A stretch of DNA of 64,000 nucleotides, taken from the NCBI GenBank assembly GCA_965207595.1, contig CBDBMW010000013.1, forward strand, positions 503,497-567,496, in the 5' to 3' direction. Shown here piece by piece: positions 8,785 through 16,787 of the stretch. The position numbers and the translations under genes were made by a program. This DNA is from Vicinamibacterales bacterium (lineage in GTDB: Bacteria > Acidobacteriota > Vicinamibacteria > Vicinamibacterales > UBA8438). The stretch's first letter is position 1. Each line of letters starts with the position of its first letter. The notes below the pieces were generated by a model. That model made no database searches, was not told the origin of the DNA, and saw only the letters and a list, made by a program, of their open reading frames with translations.

Positions 8785-10226
8785 TAGCGCGGATCCGGGA
8801 GACGCACCAGGTCGTCGTCCCGCAGCGCGAAACGGACCACCACGTCCTCCTCGCGAGGGGGGACGAGCCCGGCGAGCCGCCAGTCGATGGGCGGAGGCTC
8901 GATCCAGACCGGCTGCCGGCGTCCCGTCCGGACCAGGACGGCGGTCTCGACCAGGGTGCCGAACGCGGCGTCGAGGTTGATCCGCCGCGCGCGGTCGTCG
9001 TCGAGGCGGATGACGCCCTCCGGCGGCAGCGTCGCGACCACGGGGGCGAGCCGGTCCAGCACCCGGGTCGACAGGCGCGCCGAGTCGACCCACTCGTCGA
9101 GCCGGGCCCAGTGGATGGGAACCGCGATGGCGAGCGCGAACGCGCCGGCCAGCACCGCACGGCAGCGGAGGGCCCGTCCGCCGCCGTCCCAGAGGGCGGC
9201 GACGAGCGCCGCGCCGGCCAGGGACGCGCCGGCGGCCGGCCCCACCGCGTAGAGGCTCGAGCGGACCGGCAGAAACACGGCGAGCGCGTACCCGCCGAGC
9301 ATCCAGACGAGTCCGAGAAACACCCAGCGACGCTGCTCCGCGGAGGGACGGGGCACGATCCACGCCGCGGCGGCCAGGAGCACGACGAACGACGCGGCCA
9401 GCGTCGCGCCCCGGTCGAGGTACGAGAGGGCGTTCAGGATGACCGGCCCCGGGCTCAGCACGAACCGGTACGCGGCGGGCGCGTCGAGCGGAGTCATCGC
9501 CCCCGCGGCCGTACGGGCGGCGAGGTAGAGAGCCAGCGACACGAACAGCGGCCAGGACGAGCGCAGCGCGCGGCCGAGGTGGAAGCGTGCCTGCGGCCCG
9601 CCCCCGGCTCCGGCTCCGGACGCGCTCGACATCCACAGCCCGCCCCAGGCGAGGAGCACGAACGGCAGGAGCACCGCGTCCTCCCGTGACAGCATGGCGA
9701 GGAGCGCCCAGCCGGCCGCCGCCCGTGGCCGGCCCACGACGAAGGACCGGGCGGCGAGGAGGGCGAACAGCGTGGCCAGCAGGGCCGTCCGCCCGCTGAT
9801 CCAGAGCAGCGACATGTCGACGCCGTGGAAGTTGAACGCCCAGAGCCCCGCGGCGAGCAGGGCGGCGCCCCGGGGCATTCCGAGCGCGAGGGCGAGGGCG
9901 CGGAGGGCGAGGGCGCCGGCGGCCAGGATGGCCAGGTTCGTGAGTCCGTACGCCAGCGGCTCGATCCCGAAGAGCCACCAGTCGGCCGCAAAGCTGAGCC
10001 GGACGACCGGCCGGTAGAAGTCGGCCGTGCTCGTGAACAGCCCCAGGAGCTCGCCCGCGCCGGTCACCTGGTTCGCGGCGATCCAGGCGAAATCGTCCTT
10101 GATGAAGCCGCGGCCGAGGCCCGGCAGATAGGTCAGCAGGAAGACGGCCGTGACCTCGACCGCCGCCCGCCACTCGGGCCACACGCGGTCCTCTACCGCC
10201 TTCATCGCGAGCTGGGTCCAGGACAT
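8784..10226 (-). CDS. GT-C-fold membrane protein related to PMT/TMTC-type (PMT_2/DUF1736-like) glycosyltransferases, without TPR tail
   Basis: 480 aa from MSWTQLAMKAV and polytopic. GFIKDDFAWIAANQV, FYRPVVRLSFAADWWLFG, GYG(L)TN and FNFHGVDMSLLWISGRTALLATLF match the conserved N-terminal loop and helix pattern of these families. Confidence 0.55.
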   Translation of the reverse strand: MSWTQLAMKAVEDRVWPEWRAAVEVTAVFLLTYLPGLGRGFIKDDFAWIAANQVTGAGELLGLFTSTADFYRPVVRLSFAADWWLFGIEPLAYGLTNLAILAAGALALRALALALGMPRGAALLAAGLWAFNFHGVDMSLLWISGRTALLATLFALLAARSFVVGRPRAAAGWALLAMLSREDAVLLPFVLLAWGGLWMSSASGAGAGGGPQARFHLGRALRSSWPLFVSLALYLAARTAAGAMTPLDAPAAYRFVLSPGPVILNALSYLDRGATLAASFVVLLAAAAWIVPRPSAEQRRWVFLGLVWMLGGYALAVFLPVRSSLYAVGPAAGASLAGAALVAALWDGGGRALRCRAVLAGAFALAIAVPIHWARLDEWVDSARLSTRVLDRLAPVVATLPPEGVIRLDDDRARRINLDAAFGTLVETAVLVRTGRRQPVWIEPPPIDWRLAGLVPPREEDVVVRFALRDDDLVRLPDPR

Positions 10227-10287
10227 GAATGGATCGGGGCGGGTGCTCGAGGCATTGTCCCACAGCGCCGCCGTTCGGGGCCCGATG

Positions 10288-10338
10288 CGGTGGGGCTGGG
10301 GCCGAACGCGGAGCCTGCGACGGGCTTGGCGGCGCTGG
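10288..10338. repeat. Dispersed intergenic repeat, family A copy 3
   Basis: gcggtggggctggggccgaacgcggagcctgcgacgggcttggcggcgctgg, located between the DUF1552 stop (10484) and the start of the GT-C gene (10226). Confidence 0.8.
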
Positions 10339-10483
10339 CCGTTGGGAGAGCCCGCGGAATCCGCGGAAGGCGTGGTGCCAGGGGGTGTGGGCTCGCCCGT
10401 GAAGGCGGAAGGGAAGGCGTACGAGAAGAACCCCGGGCCCCCCGCAAGGGACCCGGGGCGAGAGGGTGCGCCGGAACGCCGCC

Positions 10484-11824
10484 CTATACCTCGGACAAGC
10501 GGCCCGTGCTGTCTCCGATCCGCTCCCGGTGGACGTCCACCTTGTCGAGGATCGACAGCAGCAGGTTCGTCATCGGCGTGCCGTCCTCGGCAACCACGTG
10601 ACGGCCGCACTGCGTCCGCCCGCCCCCGCCGCCGGCGACCAGGACCGGGAGACGCGTGTGCGTGTGGAGGTTGCCGTTGCTGATGCAGCCGCCGTAGAGC
10701 AGCGTGGCGTGGTCGAGCAGGGTGCCGTCGCCGTCGGGCGTCGACCGCAGCTTGTCCAGGAAGTAGCTGAACAGGCTGACGTGGTACGTGTTGATCTTCG
10801 CGTGCTTCGCCACCTTGTCCGGCGCGTTGCCGTGGTGCGAGATGGCGTGGTGCGGGTCGGGCACGCCGATGTGGCTGTAGGTGCGCGTCGACGCCTCGCG
10901 GGCGAGCATGAACGTGCTGATGCGCGTGATGTCGGCCTGGAACGCGAGCGCCTGCAGGTCGTACATCAGCTTCACGTGGTCGTCGTAGAGCTCCGGGACG
11001 CCGATCGGCATCTCGGGCAGCTCGATGTGCTGGCCGGCCCGCGCTTCCACCTTCCGGACCCGCTGCTCGACGTCGCGGACGCTGTCGAGATACTCGGTGA
11101 CGCGCGCCGTGTCGGCCGCGCCGAGGCGCTTCCGCAGCCGTCCCACCTCGCCGACGATGGCGTCGAGGATGCTCCGGTCCTGGCTGAGCTGCCGCCGCCG
11201 CTCCTCGGCCCCGAGCCCCTCGCCGAACAGGCGCTCGAAGATGACGCGCGGGTCGGTCTGCATCGGGAGCGGCGTCGTCGGCGTGCGCCAGGAGAGCGTG
11301 TTGACGTAGCTGCAGGAGTAGCCGATGTCGCAGCCGCCCACGGCGCTGAAGTCCTCGGCCGCGACCTCGAGCGACGGGAGCTGCGTGTCGCGGCCGAGCT
11401 CGTCGGCCGCGAGCTGGTCGATCGTCTTCGCGCCGCGGACGTCCGCGCCCTCCGTCCGCTTGGGGTGCACCCCGGTCAGCCAGACCGCGCTCGCCCGCGC
11501 GTGGTCGCCGGAGCCCTCGCCCTCGGCTGCCTCCGACGGGCGGGAGTCGAGGCCGGAGACGACGACCAGCCGGTCGCGATGGCGCTCGAGGGGGGCCAGG
11601 ATCGCCGGGAAGTCGAAGTCCGTTCCCTCGGCGGCCGGCGTCCACTGCTCCATGATGGCGCCGTTCGGGATGTAGGAGAACGCGAGGCGGCGAACCGGGG
11701 CGGCCGCCGTGCGGGACATCGCCGAGAGCGCCGGGACCATCGCGTCCAGCAGCGGCAACGCGACCGTCGCGCCGACACCGCGCAGGAACGTCCGCCGAGG
11801 CAACGCCATCTTCGTGATGATCAT
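10484..11824 (-). CDS. DUF1552 (HXXSHH) family protein with Tat signal, copy 1
   Basis: 446 aa. It has a twin-arginine signal (LPRRTFLRGVGATVALPLL), the family-defining HHAISHH motif, and the C-terminal ERIGDSTGRLSEV. Confidence 0.85.
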   Translation of the reverse strand: MIITKMALPRRTFLRGVGATVALPLLDAMVPALSAMSRTAAAPVRRLAFSYIPNGAIMEQWTPAAEGTDFDFPAILAPLERHRDRLVVVSGLDSRPSEAAEGEGSGDHARASAVWLTGVHPKRTEGADVRGAKTIDQLAADELGRDTQLPSLEVAAEDFSAVGGCDIGYSCSYVNTLSWRTPTTPLPMQTDPRVIFERLFGEGLGAEERRRQLSQDRSILDAIVGEVGRLRKRLGAADTARVTEYLDSVRDVEQRVRKVEARAGQHIELPEMPIGVPELYDDHVKLMYDLQALAFQADITRISTFMLAREASTRTYSHIGVPDPHHAISHHGNAPDKVAKHAKINTYHVSLFSYFLDKLRSTPDGDGTLLDHATLLYGGCISNGNLHTHTRLPVLVAGGGGGRTQCGRHVVAEDGTPMTNLLLSILDKVDVHRERIGDSTGRLSEV

Positions 11825-11864
11825 CTGTGCAGTCTCCTCCGGTCACCGACGGGGTGATGGGCGC

Positions 11865-14414
11865 TTACTGCCCGGCCACCACAACCGTGGCCGGCGCGTC
11901 CGGCGCCGGCCGCTTCTGCTTCATCCGGAACACGTCGCTCGTGACGACGGCGTCGACGAGGGCCGAGAACCGGTAGTCCTCGGCGGCCGCGGCGCGCACG
12001 ATGCGGCGGACAGCCGGTGCGTCGTAATACTCCATGCCGCGGCCGGCCGCGTAGGTCAGCAGCTTCCGCGTGAACGTCTCGACGAACGACTCGGGCCGCC
12101 GCAGGATGGCCTCCCGGAGCTCGCTCGGCCCCTCGAACGCCGTGCCGTCCGGCAGCACGTCCGACGCGTCGATCGGCTCGCCGCCGCTGCTGCTGCGCCA
12201 GCGGCCGATGGCGTCGAAGTTCTCGAGGCCGAAGCCGTAGGGGTCCATCTGCGCGTGGCAGGCGGCGCAGGCCGGGTTCGCCCGGTGCTGCTCCAGGCGC
12301 GCCCGGATGGAGAGGCCCTCGGCGCTCCCGCTGTCCTCGAGGTCCGGCACGTCCGGCGGCGGCGGGGGAGGCGGCGACCCGAGGAGGTTCTCGAGAATCC
12401 ACTTGCCCCGCAGCACGGGCGACGTGCGGGTGGCGTACGACGTGACCGTCAGCAGGCTGCCGTGGCCCAGGATGCCGCGGCGCGCGTCGTCGGTCACGGC
12501 CACGCGGCGGAAGCGGTCGCCGTAGATGCCGGGAATGCCGTAGTGGCGCGCCAGGCGCTCGTTGAGGAACGTGTAGTCGGCGGTCAGCAGCTCGAGGATG
12601 CTGCGGTCCTCGGCCATCACGCTCCCGAAGAAGAGCTCGGTCTCCCGCTGCAGGGCGCGGCGCAGGTTGTCGTCGAAGTCGGGGAACGTGGGCGGGTCCG
12701 GATGGGTGTTGGCGAGGTTGCGCAGGTAGAGCCACTGGCCGGCGAAGTTCTCGACCAGGGCCGACGCGCGCGGGTCGGCGAGCATGCGCCGCACCTGCCG
12801 CCGCAGCTCGTCCGGCGCGCCGAGCTCGCCGCGCTCGGCCACCGCGAGCAGCTCGTCGTCCGGGATGCTGCTCCAGAGGAAGAACGACAGCCGCGAGGCG
12901 AGGTCGAGGTCCGACACCGGGTAGACGGCACCGGCTGCCAGGTCGCTGGGTTCGGTCTCCAGCCGGAAGATGAACTGCGGGCTCGCGAGCAGGAAGCGCA
13001 GGGCGAGCTCGATGCCGGACTCGAAGCCGCCGTCGCGGCTTCCCTGCTCGTAGAACGCGAGGAGGCGGTCGAGCTCCGGCGCCTCGAGCGGGCGGCGGTA
13101 GGCTTGCCGGCCCAGACGCGACAGGATCGAGCGGGCGCATGCTGCGGCGTCGCCGGGGGCGGCATCGCCCGGTGCGGCGGCGTCGGGCGCAGCATCGTTC
13201 AACGGCATCTCCGGGCGGCAGGTGAAGATGCGCTGCCGGCTCGGGGTGTCGTCGGGGCGCCGCGGGTCGAAGGGGCCGGCGATGAGCACGCTGTCGACGT
13301 CGGGCAGGCCCCGCCGGCTGTTGGACGCGACGTAGCTCCGCAGGAACGGCTTCCGGGTCTCCTCGGAGAGTGCGGCCGGCTTGCCGACGAAGGCGGCGAC
13401 GATCTCGTGGCGTCCGGCCGGGATCGGCAGCCGCACCCGCATCCCCTCGTCCGCCGTGAAGGCCCGGCTGACGGTCTGGCCCGGGTTCTGCTCGTTCACC
13501 ACGAGAGCCGTGTACGCGTCCTCGCTGCCGATGGGGAACAGCCCGACGCGCTCGCCGTCGAGGGTCAGCTCCAGGTGGTGTTCCTCGCCGATGCCGCGAA
13601 TGGTGCCGACGGCGGTCCGGCGCAGCCGCACGCGGATCTCGTACTCGGCGTCGACCGGGAAGTGCTCCGCGACGCGGATGCCGCCGCGGGTGCCGAGCGG
13701 CAACTCGCGCAGGTGGTAGTCCTGCGTGAGGTCCTCGGGCGTCTTGTAGGTCGTCGTAACGGTCGGGATGACGGGGCTCCCGACCGCGAGACGGCTGATC
13801 TTGCGCGCCGTCGTGACGTAGCTCTCGAGCAGCAGGGGCGATACGCCCAGAGCATCGGCGATGTTGTCGAAGCCGAACGTCGAGTCGTCCGCCGGCAGCG
13901 CGCTCACGTCCGCGTCCAGCGCCAGCAGGTCGCGGACGGCGTTGCGGTACTCGGCGCGGTTCATCCGGTGGAGCTGCGGCCGGCCGGGGTTCGGCGCCGC
14001 CTCGGCCGCCCGGTCGAGCGAGGTCTCCAGCCACGAGGCGAACGCCCGGTAGGAGTCGTCGTCGGGGCGCGGGCGCCGGGGGGGCGGCATCGTCCGGCTG
14101 CGAAGCTTCTGGACCACCTTCTCCCAGAGCTCCGCGTCGGCGGCGACGTGGGCCTCGCTGACCTCCACGTCGTCGAGCGACAACCCCGCCGTCAGCAGCC
14201 GGCCGTTGTGGCAGGTGACGCAGTAGCGACCGATGAGCGCGCCGTACTCGGCGGCCTCGGCCGACGCGGCGGATTCGATCGACGTGGTGGGCGCCACGCC
14301 GGTCGCGGCAGCCGCGGCGACGCCGGTCACCTGCCCGATGGCGACGCCCGAGAGCAGGCCGCTGGCCGCCATTGCCAGCACGAGAATGAGCCCGGCGTGC
14401 CGTCTGGTCTTCAT
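11865..14414 (-). CDS. DUF1592/DUF1585/DUF1587/DUF1588/DUF1595 (PSD/PSCyt) family protein with CxxCH motif, copy 1
   Basis: 849 aa from MKTRRHAGLILVLAMAASG (signal peptide). Motifs: YCVTCHNGRLLTAGLSLDD, MPPPRRPRP, HRMNRAEYRNAVRDLL, FLWSSIPDDELL and CAACHAQMDPYGFGLENFDAIGRWR. The stop lies 40 nt upstream of the DUF1552 start. Confidence 0.85.
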   Translation of the reverse strand: MKTRRHAGLILVLAMAASGLLSGVAIGQVTGVAAAAATGVAPTTSIESAASAEAAEYGALIGRYCVTCHNGRLLTAGLSLDDVEVSEAHVAADAELWEKVVQKLRSRTMPPPRRPRPDDDSYRAFASWLETSLDRAAEAAPNPGRPQLHRMNRAEYRNAVRDLLALDADVSALPADDSTFGFDNIADALGVSPLLLESYVTTARKISRLAVGSPVIPTVTTTYKTPEDLTQDYHLRELPLGTRGGIRVAEHFPVDAEYEIRVRLRRTAVGTIRGIGEEHHLELTLDGERVGLFPIGSEDAYTALVVNEQNPGQTVSRAFTADEGMRVRLPIPAGRHEIVAAFVGKPAALSEETRKPFLRSYVASNSRRGLPDVDSVLIAGPFDPRRPDDTPSRQRIFTCRPEMPLNDAAPDAAAPGDAAPGDAAACARSILSRLGRQAYRRPLEAPELDRLLAFYEQGSRDGGFESGIELALRFLLASPQFIFRLETEPSDLAAGAVYPVSDLDLASRLSFFLWSSIPDDELLAVAERGELGAPDELRRQVRRMLADPRASALVENFAGQWLYLRNLANTHPDPPTFPDFDDNLRRALQRETELFFGSVMAEDRSILELLTADYTFLNERLARHYGIPGIYGDRFRRVAVTDDARRGILGHGSLLTVTSYATRTSPVLRGKWILENLLGSPPPPPPPDVPDLEDSGSAEGLSIRARLEQHRANPACAACHAQMDPYGFGLENFDAIGRWRSSSGGEPIDASDVLPDGTAFEGPSELREAILRRPESFVETFTRKLLTYAAGRGMEYYDAPAVRRIVRAAAAEDYRFSALVDAVVTSDVFRMKQKRPAPDAPATVVVAGQ

Positions 14415-14484
14415 GCGAAAAGCCCCCGTAGTTCCGCCGTCCGTTGCTGCCCGATCGACCGTCCGCGGCTGCGGGCGCAGACTC

Positions 14485-16026
14485 CTAGCGCTGGTCGGCC
14501 GGCACGGTGCGGCCATCCGGCGTCGCCACGGCACCGAGGCTGCGGAGCAGCTCGGCGGCGCTGTCGCGCCGGATGACGCTGGCGATCTGGTTGAAGCCCT
14601 GCTCCGCGAGGTCCAGCGCACTCCGGTCCAGCTCGTCCTCGAAGTCGGTGCGCGCGCCCGCCCCGACGAGATGTCCGATGATCGTGTTGGCGGCCCGGTA
14701 GACGGCGCCGTGGAGCGCCGTCTGTCCGTTGGCGTTGCTCGCGTTCACGTCGACGCCCGCGGCCAGCGCCAGCTTGACGGCTTCGAGCGCGTCCTTCTCG
14801 GCGCGGAAGCGCCGCGAGCCCTCGATATGGCCGACCCCGGACGCCATCATGACCGCCGTGTTGTTGGCATAGGTCGCCAGCCGCGGATCGGCGCCGAGCG
14901 CAGCCAGCTCGCGCATCGCCTCGACGTCGGCGCCCTGCGCGGCCAGGATGTACGGCGTCGCCCCGCCCAGGTTGACGCCGTTGTCCATGTACGGCCGCCC
15001 GGCGCTGAAGATGCCCTCGTCGGTCCACCGTTCGTGGCGTATCGGGGTCGGCTCGGTCCGCGCGTTGGGGTCGGCCCCGCGGGCGACGAGCATCCGCATC
15101 AGCTCCAGGCTGTCGAGCTGCGTCGGGTCGACGCCGTAGGAGTCGACGAACTGGTTGGCCAGATGGCGCTGGGGCGAGCGGCGCTGCACCAGGTTGTGGA
15201 GGATGCCGTTCCCCTGCGCGTCGCGCGCGTCGGGGTCGGCACCGGCCTCCAGCAGCACGGCGGCCATCGTGTAGTGGCCGTTCGTCACCGCCATGCTCAG
15301 CAGGCTCGGGCCGGGGACGGCGGGCTGCGCGGCTCTGCGCGCACCCGGCAGATGCACGTTCACGTCGGCGCCGGCGGCGATCAGCAGCCGCGCCGCGTCG
15401 TGCGCGTCCTGCCGCACCGCGAACATGAGCGCGTTGAAGCCGCCCGTCGACGGCGTGTCGACGGCGGCACCGTTCTCGAGCAGCACGTTCAGGATCGGCG
15501 CGTGATTCTCCGCCGCGGCCCACATGAGCGAGGTCTGGCCCCGCCACGTGTCCGCTGCGTCCACGCTCGCGCCGTAGCGCAGCAGGGCCCGCAACGCGGC
15601 GACGCGGCCGGTCCGCGCGCAGCCGAGGATCGGCGGCTCTCCGTTCGGCGCCAGGCTCGGATCCGCGCCCGCTTCGAGCAACCCCTCGAGCAGGGCCGGG
15701 TTGGCGTTGGTGCACGCAAGGGCGAGGGGCGTCGCGCCGTTCCGGTTCTCGGCGTTGGGGTCGGCGCCCGCGTCCAGCAGCAGGCTCGCCAGCTCCGCGT
15801 CGTCGGCATACGCCGCCCAGTGGAGCGCCGTGGTGCCGTCGACCCCGGGGGAATCGACGTCCACGTCGCCCGCGGCGAGCAGGCCCGCCACTCCCGCCCG
15901 ATCCCCGGAGCGCGCCAGCTCCGGCAGGCGCGCGTCGGGCTCCGCGGCCGAGAGCACGCCCCCGGCCATGAGAAACATGAGGAAGAGGAGGAGGATCGGC
16001 GACGCGAGCCCTTGTCGGTGCTGCAT
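14485..16026 (-). CDS. Secreted ankyrin-repeat protein, copy 1
   Basis: 513 aa from MQHRQGLASPILLLFLMFLMAGGVLSA (signal peptide), with about 10 or more ankyrin repeats (DGTTALHWAAYADDAELASLLLDAGADPN ...). It lies 70 nt upstream of the DUF1592 gene on the same strand. Confidence 0.85.
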   Translation of the reverse strand: MQHRQGLASPILLLFLMFLMAGGVLSAAEPDARLPELARSGDRAGVAGLLAAGDVDVDSPGVDGTTALHWAAYADDAELASLLLDAGADPNAENRNGATPLALACTNANPALLEGLLEAGADPSLAPNGEPPILGCARTGRVAALRALLRYGASVDAADTWRGQTSLMWAAAENHAPILNVLLENGAAVDTPSTGGFNALMFAVRQDAHDAARLLIAAGADVNVHLPGARRAAQPAVPGPSLLSMAVTNGHYTMAAVLLEAGADPDARDAQGNGILHNLVQRRSPQRHLANQFVDSYGVDPTQLDSLELMRMLVARGADPNARTEPTPIRHERWTDEGIFSAGRPYMDNGVNLGGATPYILAAQGADVEAMRELAALGADPRLATYANNTAVMMASGVGHIEGSRRFRAEKDALEAVKLALAAGVDVNASNANGQTALHGAVYRAANTIIGHLVGAGARTDFEDELDRSALDLAEQGFNQIASVIRRDSAAELLRSLGAVATPDGRTVPADQR

Positions 16027-16207
16027 GGTGCGTTCCCCGTCACGAAGCGGCCGCCAGCGGGGACGAGCCCTGGCCGCCATCCGCCGAGCCATCACCGGAC
16101 GAACGACACCGAGAATGTCGAATCCTACCTGACGCGGCCGTCCCAATCAACGTCTCGGCGTGGCGCATGTCGTCGCCCGCCCCGCACCGCTGCCCGAACC
16201 CCGGGGT

Positions 16208-16278
16208 GCCGCAGCCTCCGCGTCGCTGCCGCGGCCTCCGCGTTGTTCGCTGCCGCGGCCTCCGCGTTCGCTGCCGCC
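16208..16278. repeat. Tandem 21-24-nt direct repeats (cgctgccgcggcctccgcgtt, about 2.5-3 copies) just upstream of the padR-family promoter
   Basis: Units lie at 16224-16244 (+gtt), 16248-16268 and partially at 16269-16278, with a degenerate copy at 16208-16223. The array ends about 12 nt before the TTGACA at 16290. Confidence 0.7.
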
Positions 16279-16289
16279 GGGGGTTCCAT

Positions 16290-16319
16290 TTGACATGCCA
16301 ACGGAGCTCGGGCTACGTT
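16290..16319 (+). promoter_or_regulatory. Candidate sigma-70-type promoter of the PadR gene (TTGACA-18 nt-TACGTT); the transcript may be leaderless
   Basis: TTGACA is at 16290-16295 and TACGTT at 16314-16319. The ATG at 16327 is only 7 nt downstream of the -10 hexamer, and no SD is visible. Confidence 0.4.
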
Positions 16320-16326
16320 CATTGGG

Positions 16327-16674
16327 ATGGCAAATAGAGACCCTTCCAGGACGGAGGTCCTGCGCGGCACGCTCGACCTGATGGTGCTGCAGGCTCTGGT
16401 CGTGCTCGGGCCGTCGCACGGCTACGCGATCGCGGGCCGGCTCGAGCAGGTGTCCGACGGCGCCCTCGTCCTCAACATGGGCACCCTCTATCCCGGCCTG
16501 ATGCGGCTGGAGCAGCGCGGGCTCATCAGCGCGGAGTGGGGCACGACGGGGAACAACCGCCGCGCCCGGTTCTACGCCGTCACTGCGGCCGGCCGGAGCC
16601 ATCTGGCGGCGGAGAAGCGCAGCCTGGACCGCATGGTGTCGATCATCGACGCCCTGTTCGAGGAGCCGGCGTGA
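16327..16674 (+). CDS. PadR-family transcriptional regulator
   Basis: 115 aa. LRGTLDLMVLQAL..GPSHGYAI....EQVSDGALVLNMGTLYPGLMRLEQRGLISAEWG......RARFYAVT is the typical PadR winged-helix pattern. It sits directly upstream of the ADOP permeases, a known pairing. Confidence 0.9.
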   Translation: MANRDPSRTEVLRGTLDLMVLQALVVLGPSHGYAIAGRLEQVSDGALVLNMGTLYPGLMRLEQRGLISAEWGTTGNNRRARFYAVTAAGRSHLAAEKRSLDRMVSIIDALFEEPA

Positions 16675-16787
16675 GCGGGACGCCGCGTCTACGAGCGATG
16701 CCGTACCGAGGTCGGGGCCGTCCGGCGCGGTCCGCCCCGCACGTTCGCTGAGGGGCGGCGCGCCGGCCTGGCGGGAGGAATCACGGA

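Noticed and set aside
7148-9160. 670-aa ORF treated as one gene
   Set aside because: Only the last 187 codons (from MSMNTRTL at 7711) look like a protein, with a signal peptide and FMN_bind motifs. The upstream 480 codons are Arg/Pro/Ala-rich and overlap the plus-strand secreted protein gene.
8784-11846. 1020-aa ORF, and the 1259-aa ORF at 36775-40554, as giant fusion proteins
   Set aside because: The N-terminal halves are the off-frame reading across the DUF1552 and DUF1592 genes. Credible proteins start at 10226 (MSWTQL) and 38130 (MIVTRK) respectively.
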